Source: Octopus vulgaris (Eukaryota). From it: DNA of 64,000 nucleotides. Below are positions 43,717 through 57,100 of this stretch, piece after piece. The stretch covers positions 50,034,001 through 50,098,000 of the forward strand of contig OX597816.1 in the NCBI GenBank assembly GCA_951406725.2, written 5' to 3'. The translations under genes were made by a program, and so were the position numbers. The stretch's first letter is position 1. Each line of letters opens with the position of its first letter. The notes below the pieces were generated by a model. The model was not told the origin of the DNA, made no database searches, and saw only the letters and a list, made by a program, of their open reading frames with translations.

Positions 43717-43720
<4 letters not shown>
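42993..43720 (-). mobile_element. 5'-truncated R4/Dong-like retrotransposon (REL endonuclease and 3'UTR) in (TAA)n
   Basis: Open frame YIHWVICK...LLWNFTIQTDRKIDANRPDIILKD...LLIDMTVP...KLSKYKDLEIEISKMW...IPVVIGTLG...HILRKILSM*, a PD-(D/E)xK REL domain. Confidence 0.9.
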
Positions 43721-43772
<52 letters not shown>

Positions 43773-46700
43773 CATCATCATTTTCATCATTATTATTAAT
43801 ATCATTATCATCATCATTATTATCATCATAATTATTATCATAATTATTACCATAATCATCATCATCATCATCATGATTTGAATTCAGAGAGATATCGTCA
43901 TCAACATTGGTTAACGCTCCCGAGTTTGATAAAATATTTGTCAACTATTCGAGACGATATCAACGACAGGTTTTACCCAAAAACTTCTAGCATTAGAACC
44001 ACTTAGAAACGGAGGCAGGCTAGTAGAATACCTAGCAGGTGGGTACAAAATGTTAAAGAATACATATGCATGGTATTTACGTTTTATGAACTAATCACAC
44101 CACCGCCAGTTTATCCACTTATTCTTAATTTAGCGATAAAATAAAATAGCAATCAGTGGCGGTCATTTTATCGAATGGTTTCTTCCACAAAATTTCAGGA
44201 CTCCTACAATCGTGAGAAAGAATTAATATTATAACAAGTACTCGCAATGAGTAATGAAAACGTTCTTGAGAAATACATATGTCGAAAAAATTTCTACAGT
44301 TATCAGATTCGATGCTCTCAGATAATATTTAGCCCATGCTAATTTTTCCGATGTCGATAATATAAATAGTAGCCATGTAACCACTGCAGGACGCAAGCCG
44401 ATAAAGAAAATTCTTATCGATCGCATGATATACTAGATATGGCAGTCAATTCACACTCAAATCACACCATACACATTTAGGAAGTGAAGTACACATTGAT
44501 AACGTAGACTTAGATATATCACTATAAGAACTGGTCATATTTGAAACGCTTTAATTATTGGTGTGATCGATCAGAAATTGATATAAGGCGAACCGACTAA
44601 AACAAAAATATCAACAATGTAGAGGGAGTATTATAATCTGGGAAAATGAGTCTCTAGTTTGCATTATTAAACCAATTAGTTGTTCTTACTCTACTAATGA
44701 TTCTGACCTATATCATAAACGTCAATTAATCTCAGTTATGTGAATAATGATGAAACACATTACGATTCTTGTACATTTCACAATCGATATAAATCTGAAA
44801 AAAGATTAATCTAGCTCCACCCACTCGCATCTAGGGAAATATTTGTACACAATAATTTCTTCGGTTGAAATAGTAGGAGTTGTTAGTGTTTTTGGCAACG
44901 TTTTATAATGAGTTATAGATAATCGCAAACATTTTTCCCCACAGTATCTTACAGATACTATAACACAAATTGCTATAATACATTGTGTGTGAAAATTTCC
45001 TTCAGTCAGAATTTACAGTACGTTTCTTTTTTCTCTCCTCCGATATCCCTTCTTCTATTCAGATATAGCATATCACAAATGATATATGCCTTAAGTAACA
45101 TCTTTATTTTTGTGAAAATGACTCCGGTACTTCCCAGTTTTACACAATTTTGTGACATCATTAAACTATTCAAGAGATGACTAGCTTTTATCTGAAATGG
45201 TTTTCCTTCTAACTTTCTGTCCAATGTTATAGCCTGTAGAATATGTTATTCAGAGATAACAATATTGCACTGCTCGTGTGATTTTTTCCTTTTTTTATTG
45301 TTTATACTTTAGTTACTCCGATCTTATCGTAATTTGTATTTTTTTTTATATTTCTCGTTTTTGTCATAAATTCTCGAATAACATAGAATTATGGAGTATT
45401 ATCTGAACATAAACAGCCTCTGAAATTATTGTGTTTTGCTGATAGACTTGTCACCTCTAAATAGTTTACCATCCATGTAATGCATTCCATTAATGTAATG
45501 ACACCTTCAGGAATTACATTATTAAGTTTAGGATCGTTGAAAATTTTGTCCGCAGCATCATTTTTACCATCTATTTGCATTTTCATATTAAGATGAGATG
45601 AGAAAATCATGTATATTGGTTGATTTGTTGATTCTATAAGATTGTGTTCTGTTTCACAATATACCCCAAATATTCGTTGACTGTTCTTACTCCTACTGCA
45701 AATCATTTTTTCCTTATTTTTTTTACCTGACATAATTTACATGTAGTAGGAGGTGGATTCAAATGGTCTCATGTATTCATACACCGTTAATAAAATAGTT
45801 TTACCAGTTATGTAACACTATCTTATTGTATAAATATTATATTTTAAGACACACCAACTATATACTTATGATTCCAAGAATTTTATATTTTATAATCATG
45901 TAATTTGTCTGATATTGATTTTGGTTCAGTGAAAGTTGTAATTGACGAAAGGAGTACAAATGTTAAACAGAATTTATATCAGAGTGCTTGATCCTGAGCT
46001 CAAGTAAATAATTTGATCAACAGTGATTTATTTTCTATCATACAAAAAAATAGCAATGCAGATGACGAGGCTTATTTCTTCAAGCCAGTATTATATATTT
46101 GAATTATTTCGACCTTCTATTAAACAAAACCCATGAAGCAATAGTGTCGTACTGATTAACCTAATATGATATGTATTTACAATTAGTTTATTGAGGTGAT
46201 GAGAGATGGTGTGTGTGCACATTGTCACAGTTCAGCGTCTGTTATGAGATTTACAACTTCAGATAGATTTATCTAACACATATAGCAGTATTACACAAAG
46301 TATCAATTTAAAGACTTGACATGTAACAAAATCTGTAAAGGTATTATGTTACATGCGTGCGCACCGGATCTGCTTAATTTGACAACCGTTTGCTAATATC
46401 ATAAGATTATAATACCATGACAACAGCTGAAATGGTTCATATAATTATATTCATTCCTTGTTTTATTGTTTTACATGTATTATATTACATAACATAAACC
46501 ACAAAAAAATAAATACCAAAAGTACATATAATATATCAGAGAACATATTGCAAGTAGTAAACCTATATATGGCTCCAGATGAATGTGCGTAGTAATTGCT
46601 ATCTGTTCGTGTTTATAGTATCTTATACAGATTCCTATGGGTTTGGAGTGAGTTGACGCCAGTGTCTTACTGCTGATCGTGTTGAAATGCAGCGCCTGTA

Positions 46701-47346
46701 TATATGAGAATCCAGTTATTTGAACCGGTAATTTGATTTTACTCTCATGTTGCATTAACTAAATTTTTGAAACGGAAGCACTAGACTAATTTCCTTAACA
46801 AAGAAATGGAATTTTAAAATATATTCTAAAGTATTTTAATTTGTATATATATATTGTACCCTCAAGATTTCATTAATTTCTATATACCTATTGTCGCTGA
46901 CATAAAAATATTATGCTCAACCACATAAAATTACAACTAGAGGAACCGAGGCATATAAATACAACATGTGCGTCTAATGGAAAACTCTGTTATCCTTCAT
47001 CAGCTATCGATGAAAAACAATCATCCCACTCTCGACGATTTATCGATAATTTTGATCAAATTTTTGGCGTGAACAGCAAAAGCCGCTCGAATATGAACGA
47101 GCAAATGTGAAGTATAGAATGAGCCAAGTACACACACAAAAACAAAACGAAGAAAATTTCGGGCTGTCATAACCGAACTGTATAAAGGACAAGTTATGAC
47201 AAAGAAAAATACATAAAACTAATACACAAGGACCATAACAAAAGAAAGCACACAAACACACTCACACAGACACACGCACATATATACTATATGTATATAT
47301 ACATACATAGACAGGTGTATATACACCTGTTTACATATATATATAA

Positions 47347-47596
47347 ATGCGACCTTTATCAAGCCTAGCCAGCCTCGTGGGCCCGGTTTCCCGGTTTCAG
47401 TGGCGTATGAGTTCCCCAGCTGGACGCGGGATGCAAGTCCATCGCAGCGTTACTCATTTTTGCCAGCTGAGTGGACTGGAGCAACGTGAAATGAAGTGTT
47501 TTGCTCAAGAACAAAACGCGTCGCCCGGTCCAGGAATCGAAACCACAATCTTACGATCATGATGCTGACACCCTAACCACTAAGCCACGCGCCTCC
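47347..47596 (-). mobile_element. tRNA-derived SINE related to family C
   Basis: Head GGAGGCGCGTGGCTTAGTGGTTAGG...TTCGATTCC on the minus strand. Shares CAGCTGAGTGGACTGGAGCAACGTGAAAT with the 13109-13444 copy but has a different tail. Confidence 0.8.
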
Positions 47597-47624
47597 ATAT
47601 ATATTTATATGTATATACAATTCA

Positions 47625-47674
<50 letters not shown>

Positions 47675-48632
47675 CACACAAACGCGTTCATATATTTGTA
47701 TGTATGTATGTGTGAATGTGTATGTATATGTATCGGGACTATGAATGACTGGACGAGTTTTGGAATAACTATACGTAGTAAGGAATCAAAAGCTTGCAAG
47801 ATTTATTTTTAAAAAAATATGTTACACATTATTATGAAATATTTTTTTCTTAAAGTCATTGAGTATATCAAATATTCTACTGTTACCGAAATGTCTGTGA
47901 ATGTATAAGTAACTGAATACACAATGGAACGGCTGAAATACAATCACGTATATTTAGAGCGAAAACTCTTAACCTGAAAATACACATCTCAGGTTTACAT
48001 AATCTTGCCTTTTCTGGCTTATCGTCAAAGCGTTTTCGTTTTCTATATTGTCTACTATTTCCAGAATAGATATTGATCTTCAGCATTTGCCAACTATACA
48101 TCTTCATTCAACAAAAATTACTCGTTATACTTGACACTCACCAGCTATGTTCTTTTACCGCCTAGATTTCATACCAAAGATAACAGGAATAGATTTTTTT
48201 ACAGGGGGAGGTAGTTTGTACACCTCCCACTCTAACGATGTTCAGAAAAAAAAAACACTACAATTTCAAGCATCTTAACAAATGTTATATTTCTCTCAAA
48301 TGCCAATGCTAAGTGGGAAAGAGATTTCCATAGCATTGGGATGCCCTCTCTTTGAATATACAAGAATAAAGTAGGTATCAATATAATCTAATTTATTTAT
48401 ATCTATTTGTTCCAATTATACTGCATTACTTTCATGCTTATTTAGCTTTCAGTGACATATCAAATTCTGCACTATATCAATATGTTACAAATTTCGATTA
48501 TGTATTTTTTTATAATTTTTTTTTTTTTATCAGGTAGCGGATTTATTCTTACATAAAAAGGAAATACATGGCACATCGTCTGCTATTAAATGTACATACG
48601 AATCAAATATACTCAAATGGTAATTAGTGATA

Positions 48633-48833
48633 CTCTTTTATTCTTTTACTTGTTTCAGTCATTTGAGTGTGGCCATGCTGGAGCACCGCCTTTAGCCGAG
48701 CAAATCGACCCCAGAATTTATTCTTTGTAAGCCTAGTACTTATTCTATCGGTATCTTTTGCTAAGTTACGGGGACGTAAACACATCAGCATCGTTTGTCA
48801 AGTGATGCTGGGGGGACAAACGCAGACACACAA

Positions 48834-48893
<60 letters not shown>

Positions 48894-49068
48894 CCATATA
48901 TACGACGAGCTTCTTTCAGTTTCCGTCTACTAAATCCACTCACAAGGCTTTGGTTGGGCCAAGGCTATAGTAGAAGATACTTACCCAAGGTGCCACGCAG
49001 TGGGACTGAAACCAGAACCATGTGGTTTGTTAGCAACCTACTTTCCACACAGACACTCCTACGCCTAT
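48633..49068 (-). mobile_element. SINE family A (tRNA head, CORE-like domain, internal microsatellite), full-length
   Basis: Minus strand GGTTTCAGTCCCACTGCGTGGCACCTTGGGTAAG (B-box-like plus CORE-like); at least 8 related copies in the window. Confidence 0.9.
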
Positions 49069-49747
49069 GGTGATGCAGAAATATTAACAACACGAACTTG
49101 AATCGCATCTTATTTAGTCGATATATTTCTTGCATAGTGTGACATTGAGAAACGTAATTTTTGACTTTGCTTTGCTAAAGTGGTAACATTGGAAACAAAT
49201 TCAGAGAGAAATATTCATTAATTTTTAAATGAAACTCTGAACGTTCTGAAAAAAAAAAGTAGTTTAATTGTCTTTGCGACTCATCACACTTTCATCGAAA
49301 TAATTCAAACCAATTTTGAAGTTTTGCATCACCAAATTTCCACCACAAAGTCCTTTCCTTATCATGGTGCAGTTGTTTGTGTGCCTCAATCAAAATTAGA
49401 TGCATACTAAGGGAAGGCTCCTGATAGGGCCTCCCAGGTTAGACTAATGTGGACCATCTCTTTCTGGGTGTAAAACCTTTACAGTAGAGCCAACAACAAT
49501 CCATCGAAACAATAGAGTTACAGAAATATCGATGATAATTCAAAACAAAAAAAAACCTGGCTGATAAGAAAGGAAAAAATGGCAAATTAGAGTCAAGAAC
49601 TGGAAAAAAAGTCATCGATGACTTCTGCTTCATCCCGTTAATTTACCATCTTAAGCTCCTCCAAGAGAGGAGCTTAAGTGGGTAAATAATACTATGAATA
49701 TTTGTAGCATTGTATGTATACCGGAATTACTATCAGTGACATGGATG

Positions 49748-49945
49748 CGGTGAGTTTTTGGAAATGTCAGCATATAAGGGAAAAAAAGGTTAGTGCATTC
49801 AGTCCGTCATTACCTTCTGAATTTAAACGCTGCCGAAGTCGAATTTTCCGTTCATCTTTTCGGAGTTGGTGAAATAAGTATCGGTTGAGAATAGGTTTCA
49901 TGTGATAGTCTGGCTTCCTCCTCCAAAACATTAGGCATTGTAGTT
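49748..49945 (+). mobile_element. SINE family M, degraded
   Basis: TTCTGAATTTAAA..GCCGAAGTCGA..TTCATCTTTTCGGAGTTGGTGAAATAAGTA. Confidence 0.55.
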
Positions 49946-51692
49946 GTATTATTATCAATATTATGGAACGATAGGATGTCGTTACTGAAAACAAGGTGTT
50001 TAGTTGAACTGTTGTTAGGATTATGTTCCCAAGTTCGATTCTGGGACTGAGTAGCACATTGATTCTTTCAGTTTCATGTCCTTTGCTATTGCCTTCTTAG
50101 ATCAACAGGAGTGCTGGTTGCATCTTTGGGTTAATTTGTGATAATTTTCTTCGGTATACTTGTACACTGTCACCTAAACATTAATTCAACTTATATTAAA
50201 TCGCGCGCGTTTACAATCTGGTGGTAGATTTAGAAATTACCCAAGCGTCAATGTTGTTAACCAGTATTACGTTGTGGCTAAGGTGCCTCCTTGTTGATTT
50301 TGAGTTCGAGCTTCTGAAATCGTTCAACAATTAAATATCCGTTCATTATTTTCTGTGGTGTAACAGAAAGTTTAAGTGAGAGTTTATTCACAGTTATGAG
50401 GACATGGATTAAGTTTTTGGTAATTTAGGCGGGAAAAGTGTGAAAGCCGAAGACAAATTGAGAGAGATATTAAAACCCTTGGTAGTCTTTCAGTATGTGT
50501 CATCGTAAGCTAGATTTTATGTATTTTATATATTTTATTTATTCTGATTTCATACAGGAAGTTATTTATTCGACAATTTACAAAGAGGATTTTAAATTGT
50601 TCAATTAACCAAAATATTTTCATAATGATCACATATTTCCTAATTGATTAATGTTATTCTGTTTTCAGCGGTGTGATTTCTGGTAATTTAGCTTGACTTT
50701 CAGCTAACGATGAATACTTGAGAAAATCGTATATTCTCAATTTTACTTTATAAGATAGGGTTTCTTGCTCAGCCTGTTTAATTTCTATTGAATTTACCAG
50801 TTCACTTGAAAACTGTAGAGTGTCGGATAAATTCAATGGAAGGCATAATAAACATATTGAAAAGCGAGGAATGAATAGATATATTCAGTATTAGACTGTC
50901 AGACAGATAGATTTATGCGTGTAGGTCAGGCCATGCACAATACAATGGGGAGTATCAAATATAGAGAATATGGAGAGCGTGCAAAAATGCAATAATAACG
51001 GTAACCAAACTCCATTATCGTTGATTTGTCATCCAGAACGTACACGGTTATTGTAGACCATGTGGTAAGGAAAAATTATAAATAGAAAAATGTATATGAA
51101 ACTGAATAATACAAATTTCGTTCATTATACAGTTTAAAGTATGCAGATTTCTGCTATGAATAATAACCTCTTGATCTGTTGATATCAGAATTCCTTGGAG
51201 TTTCAGTGTCGAAAGTAAATAGAAGACGGTCGCCGACCAGATATAATGCTAGTCACAAAATGGCTAGACACATAAAGATATGGAATATTGCTCTATTTGC
51301 TACGTTATAATTGCGAAACATGAAATAATAGTAAAATGGAAGTAAAGTAATCATAACTTTATTAGTATAGAGACAAATATCCCAATCCCCATAAAATATT
51401 TTAAAATACTTTATACATCTGATGATTGCCCCTCTATTTGCAGTGGCTAATTAGCATACGTAAAATCAATAGTATGATAACAGCGCTGTGTAAGTTTCCA
51501 CAATATAAGGAAGATAAATCACGACATTATAGCACGAGTATGGCACTGCAGACTTAATACGAAAAGATACTTACAAAGATAATAATTGTTCGTAATTTCA
51601 ATAACGGTAAAAAGTTAATGATAGAAATATATTAAAATCAATAACAGTAAATAAGGAGGATACATTTTATAATCAAACTTCGCTAAGGTTTA

Positions 51693-51902
51693 GAACTAGC
51701 AGAATCATTAGCACGCTGGACGAAACGCATAGCGGTATTTTGCCTGTCGCTAAGTTCTGAGTTCAAGTTCCGCCGAGGTTGACTTTGCCTCCTCATTCTT
51801 TCGGGGTCAATATATTAAGTAACAGTGGGGTCGATGTAATGGACTACTCTGCACCCCAACAAAAAATATTTGAGGCTTTTTGCCTCCAATAGAAAGGATT
51901 AT
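51693..51902 (+). mobile_element. SINE family M, full-length with uninterrupted target site
   Basis: A-box-like AGCAGAATCATTAGC, then GCATAGCGGTATTTTGCCTG, B box GAGTTCAAGTTCC and core TCATTCTTTCGGGGTCAAT. Confidence 0.85.
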
Positions 51903-51972
51903 ACTCAAACTTCGCTCAAAAGATAATAGTAAAAGAAACGAAGAAAGAAAACCTGCTACCAATATGGTCATA

Positions 51973-52847
51973 GGATCTTTTCGGTTTGAACGACAGTTTT
52001 TAAACATAATTTCTAGGTAACAAAAAAATTTTAAACTTCGTATACTGGTAGAACGTGTTTATAAAACATTTTTTCTATTGGTTTTATTAAGAAAATTCTA
52101 TAGTTTATAAGATATAAAACAAATTCTCGCTATAAACACACCAAGGCATTTTGCAATGAGCCCTAGCGAGACTGATGGATGCATGCATTTTGAATTAGTT
52201 ATCTCTTCTTCTGTATCAGACCCTGGGAGTGTTAGCTGCAACGGAATGTCTTGAGATAGAAGCCTTCTAACTGACTTGGTGTGTTTACAGCATATTATAT
52301 TACTACGAGTAATTTCCTTCATGACAAAATGCAATAAATTATTTTCTTACAGGTTCGAATATGCCGCAAGCATATTTCAAATGACGACAAGTATATCTTA
52401 TATTCATATAATTTGCTAGATACTTCGGATCCTTTCGGTTTGAACGGCAGTTTTTAACATAATTTCTAGGTAACTAAACATTTTTAAAATTCGTATACTG
52501 GTAGAATGTGTTTATAAAACATCTTTGTCTCTTGGCTTTATTAACAAAATTCTATAGTTTGTAAGATATTTGTTGTTCTTTTCTTCAATTTCTGCAATTT
52601 CAACCAATCAATGATGTCCATTGAGGTAAACAGCATTCTGTGCCGTATGAATATATCCCTCGTTTAAGAAACAGATTGGGTTTATTTACATTTGTGAAGA
52701 AAAAAGATACCCTTCCCCCCAACCCTAATCCTAACCCTAACCCTAAAATAGATTGAAATGCAATAGATCGATACTAGGGTCATAATTATGGGTGACAATT
52801 TCATATGACACCGCTAGAAAAAACTGCCGTTCAAACCGAAAAGATCC
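51973..52847. mobile_element. Composite non-autonomous DNA transposon (Merlin-like: GG termini, 8-bp TSD)
   Basis: TIRs GGATCTTTTCGGTTTGAACG.CAGTTTTT and AAAAACTGCCGTTCAAACCGAAAAGATCC. Exact TSD TGGTCATA at 51965-51972 and 52848-52855. A second internal left end starts at 52427; CCCTAA repeats near 52720-52746. Confidence 0.8.
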
Positions 52848-53011
52848 TGGTCATATAACCACTAGAAAGAGAGTTACATATCGGGGCATATATTCAAGAA
52901 GAATGAAATAGTAAGACAAATGAATGCATGATTTTCCAAATGTACTCAAAGTAAGAAAGACGTTTCCCTTATGAACATAAATTTGATTTCATATAAAAAT
53001 CTATCTATCTA

Positions 53012-53054
<43 letters not shown>

Positions 53055-53118
53055 CTGGGAACATACATACTGAAAAATAATAATAACAACAGCATCAATG
53101 CTAATAGTAATATGAATA

Positions 53119-53316
53119 ATCCCTTCCACTAAATACATAACGCCTACAATTTTGGGAAAAGGGACTAGTCCATTACTTCAACTGAGGTATTTCACTGGAA
53201 CTTAATTTTTCGAAACCGAAATGATGAAGGTCAAAATCGACCTTCATGGAATTTGAACTCAGAACGTAAAGACATATGAAATATTGTTTAGATTTTTACC
53301 CGGCGTGCAAATGATT
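53119..53316 (-). mobile_element. SINE family M, uninterrupted
   Basis: GGAATTTGAACTCAGAACGTAAAGACATATGAAATATTG..CCCGGCGTGC. Confidence 0.7.
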
Positions 53317-53404
53317 TAAAATTCCTTTGATAAAAATTTCAATTAAATATGACATTTGATCACTTGTTTTCTTTATTCCAAATTCAGACAAAACTTAAGG
53401 GACG

Positions 53405-53662
53405 ACCTGTTACTTATTTAATCTACCCCGAAACGATGAAAGGCAAAGTCGACCTCGGCGGAATTTGAACTCAGAACGTAGCGCCAGGCGAAATACCTAT
53501 TTCTTTACTACCCACATGGGGCTAAACACAGAGAGGTCAAACAAGGACAGACAAACGGATTAAATCGATTAAATCGACCCCAGTGCGGAATTTGAACTCA
53601 GAATGTAATGGCAGACGAAATACGGCTACGCATTTCGCCCGGCGTGCTAACGATTCTACTAG
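53405..53662 (-). mobile_element. SINE family M carrying an inserted family M variant with a LINE-derived tail (53498-53611)
   Basis: CAGGCGAAATACC (53485-53497), then the insert, then CAGACGAAATACG (53612-53624), after which the SINE head resumes GCTACGCATTTCGCCCGGCGTGCTAAC. Confidence 0.8.
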
Positions 53663-53764
53663 TACTCAGCCCCAATAAAAATGATCAAAATAGTGATGAC
53701 GTAAACAAATCTGTAATAGTTAATATTCTGTTATATAGTGAATAAATAAAAAGTAAATTTGTAC

Positions 53765-53931
53765 TTTTCTACTTTACGCAGAAGGCACTAAACTTTTTGG
53801 GATGATGCCAGTCTATTAGACCGACCCCAGTACGCAATTGGTACTTACTTTATCGACCCCGATTGGTGGAGGAAAAGCAAAGTCGAGCCTGGCGGAATTT
53901 GAACCCAGAACGTAGTGGCAGACGAAATGCC
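53765..53931 (-). mobile_element. 3' part of a family M SINE split by the Tx1-like LINE (5' part at 58902-58953)
   Basis: TTTATCGACCCCG...GGCGGAATTTGAACCCAGAACGTAGTGGCAGACGAAATGCC, resuming at 58902 as CAAACGAAATCCCGCTAAGTGTTTCGCCCGGCGTGCTAAC. Confidence 0.85.
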
Positions 53932-54189
53932 AATTTCTTTATTGCACACTGGGGGCTAAACTCAGAAATGGATAGAACAACTGATGGGATAAGTAATGCG
54001 ATATCGTTTTAAATATAGTGTAACTTTAAAAAATCAATAAAATATTTTTAAAAATCGAATGAAATTAACAATACAGAGACGATACAAATGAGACGATGAA
54101 CAAGCCACGCCCCGACCCCACAAGCCCTGATCTATGACTGGTACCATTTTTGTTCTCTTTTCCTATTCACACGGCTCCCTGAATGTACA

Positions 54190-57100
54190 ACACTCGTGCA
54201 ACACGCTTCCATCTCTTTTGGAACGTACACTTCGACAGACATCTCTTCTCCAGCCACACCTTACTTTCCAAATGAAAAGTAAAAAAATGATCGTAAATTG
54301 TGGCCAGAGATAAAGTTGCCTGTCTTAATCCCTTTTATCCTAGTCGTCCATACTGCCTCTTTCACTATTGATACAACCGTGAGAAAAAATTCTTACCTTC
54401 GTTTGTTAAAACTCCCAGTGGGTCAAGTTTTATAATTGACTCAGTCGACAGCTGTACTCTTCCTTCGCCAGACAACACGTAGTCAGCATAAGCCCACATT
54501 TCAGAAACGGGCGAGGCACCTCTGTAGCATTGCCATGCTAAGGACTTTTGGAAGTTGTCCAACCTTCTCAACCCGAATGTATGGTGAAATAAGCTGTCTA
54601 CTTGAATAAACCCGAGACCTATAGCCGCCCCTAGACCATCGTCGCATTCCGACACTACCAACCCACTATATAAAATCTGTGTAGAATCCCCACCGCTAGC
54701 GTTGCCGGAGCACCGGAATAGTAAGAGGGCCTTGCGGCACTCTTTATGCCATTCACTCGACTTCGGTCTGCGAGAACACCAGGCTTCCTATTCACAAAAG
54801 CATTTGAAGTCTAAGAACATTTGTCTGGCCAGCGGAGACCACACCCGTTCACTATCCAGGAGAATCCAGGTGTGCCTTAACCTCAACGCATGCCTGCGCA
54901 TCATTAACCAAGGCATCCCTAAACCTCCCTTTAAAAGCTTTTGACAGCAGACAGCGTTTCACTAGTGGTGGCTTGCCCTTCTACAAAAAGCGAAAGAGCT
55001 GTCTCTTCAACCTGATCAACCAAGAATCCGGACAGAGCACAACAGCTAGGCTGTAGGTAATGACCGATGTGATAAACACATTGGCCACCTCCTCCCTCCC
55101 TTTCAGGGATAGCCACCGCCAAGACCAATACTTGACTACTGCAGCCACCCTGCTCAATACCTCCGTCAAGGCTTCTCTATCTGGAGGCCTAGTCCAAACC
55201 AAACTCCCAGAAACTTAACCGGTCATTCCGTCCAGCGCTCAACAACGCAGTCTGAAGGCATAGACTTGCCAACCCAAGTGCCGAGCTGCAAGCCGACCGA
55301 CTTTTCCCGGTTAATCTTTGCTTCTGCCACCTCCTCATAAGCCTCAATCATCTTACCCACTTCATGTAGTCGTGCTACTGAGGTTACGCTGATAGTGATA
55401 TCATCCACGTAAGCCATAACAAACTCCTCTAGACCTGGTTCTCTCGGGATGCCACTCAAGCTTCGCAGTTGGGGCTAGAGAGCTACCAAATACAAAAGTG
55501 GTGAGAGCGGACATCCTTGACGAACCGACCATCTGATGCAGAACGGCTTCCAAAGGAAACCGTTCAGCCGAACAATTGAGTCGATGTTTTGGTACAAAGC
55601 GATAAACTACCTGAAGAAGCCAACGCCCGGGCCAAACAACGCAAGTACAGTAACCAGGTATCGATGGTCAACCCTACCTAAAGCTTTAGATTGTTCCAAA
55701 TGTACCAATGCCCCACCTTTGCGAGATTTATTACCAACCCTCTCTATGGCATATCGGATACGGTGGAAATTATCCTGATTGGTTCTGCCTGGGATGGCAC
55801 ATGTCTGTGCCTCCCCGACCATACCATTCGCGACACACACCAAAGTTTTTGCTAAGACCTTGGCCAAAATCTTCACTTCTGCGTTTAACAGAGTGATGGG
55901 CCTGAAATTCTCTCTAACGTCCCCCTTGTCCGGGTCCTTTCTGACCAACGTCACTACTCCCCGGCGCACAGATCTGGTGATAAGCCAATTATGTTGTCAG
56001 TTTGCGTACACGTCAGCCAGTAGATGCCCGAACAAGTCTGGCATACATTTATACAGCTCGTACGGAAGACCATCAAGTCCCGTTTTACATTCGGCCAAAG
56101 CCTCCATTAATTCCACAGGCGTGATTGTCCCTTAAGACTCCGCATCCGACACCGAGAGGCACGGCAGCCCGACAAGAAATTACTCGAGGGCTCTCCCAAC
56201 ATTAAGGCCGCCGCCACCCCCGACCAGCTGAGCGAAATACTCCCGAAAGGCTTCACACATTTTCTCAGGTTCGTTTACTAAGACACTATTTTCATTCATA
56301 AAAGTCCGAGTAGTGGAACTATTTCCTTGACGAGCTTCCACCACTCGGGCCTATCCAGCGGCCTTGATTCCTTCAATTTCCATGACAAGTAACTAGGTTC
56401 TCGAAATACTTCCCATGTGTTGGGCTTCAATATGCTGGTTTAACTCCAGACTTTTCCCTCTCGCTTGGTCCGCATTACCAGTCCTCCAGGCTTCTTCTAG
56501 TTCCTTAATTAAACCATCTTCTATTCTATGACCCTTCTTAGCTAAACGTACGCTAAACATAATAGACTCATATTTGATGGCTCTTTTTAGGGCGTACCAC
56601 CATTTGTTATTAATGATGGTACTTGTTAATGCCCTCTGTATTAACATCTTGATCCGATTTCTGTACTCCTCAATCGCCAAAAAGGACATATTGATTTTCC
56701 AGTAGCCAGATGCCTGCAACCAATCTACTGTCAGTTTACAGGTAAGCACCTTGAGGTTACTGCAACTGACTAGAAAAAATTGTGGACACTTGGCTATGGA
56801 CTTATCTGTTTCTCTAAGTAAAATCCTCTCTAGATATGTTCTAGAAGACCCGTCACTATTTGACCACGTCCGCTGTGGAGTGTTCGGGTGTTCCAACATA
56901 TATGGATCAGCTAGCTGAAAGTGACGTAGCAGATCCCGTAAGCCCGGGTTACATTTTCTGTCCATGTTCGAGCCAACACAATCTGTGTGTGCGTCACATA
57001 TTGTGTTAAAGTCTCCTATCAATACTAGCGAATGCGGCGTGGCCAAGAACTTGCCCAGATCACGAAAATATTCACTTTGCGGACCCATAAATAGCGACTA

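Noticed and set aside
43721-43944. Poly-N/poly-D N-terminus fused to the REL domain in the 238-aa ORF
   Set aside because: Read-through of the (AAT)n/(GAT)n target tract into a truncated retrotransposon, not a real protein.
52720-52746. CCCTAA repeats as an interstitial telomere or fusion scar
   Set aside because: Only about four units, located inside a TIR-bounded MITE.
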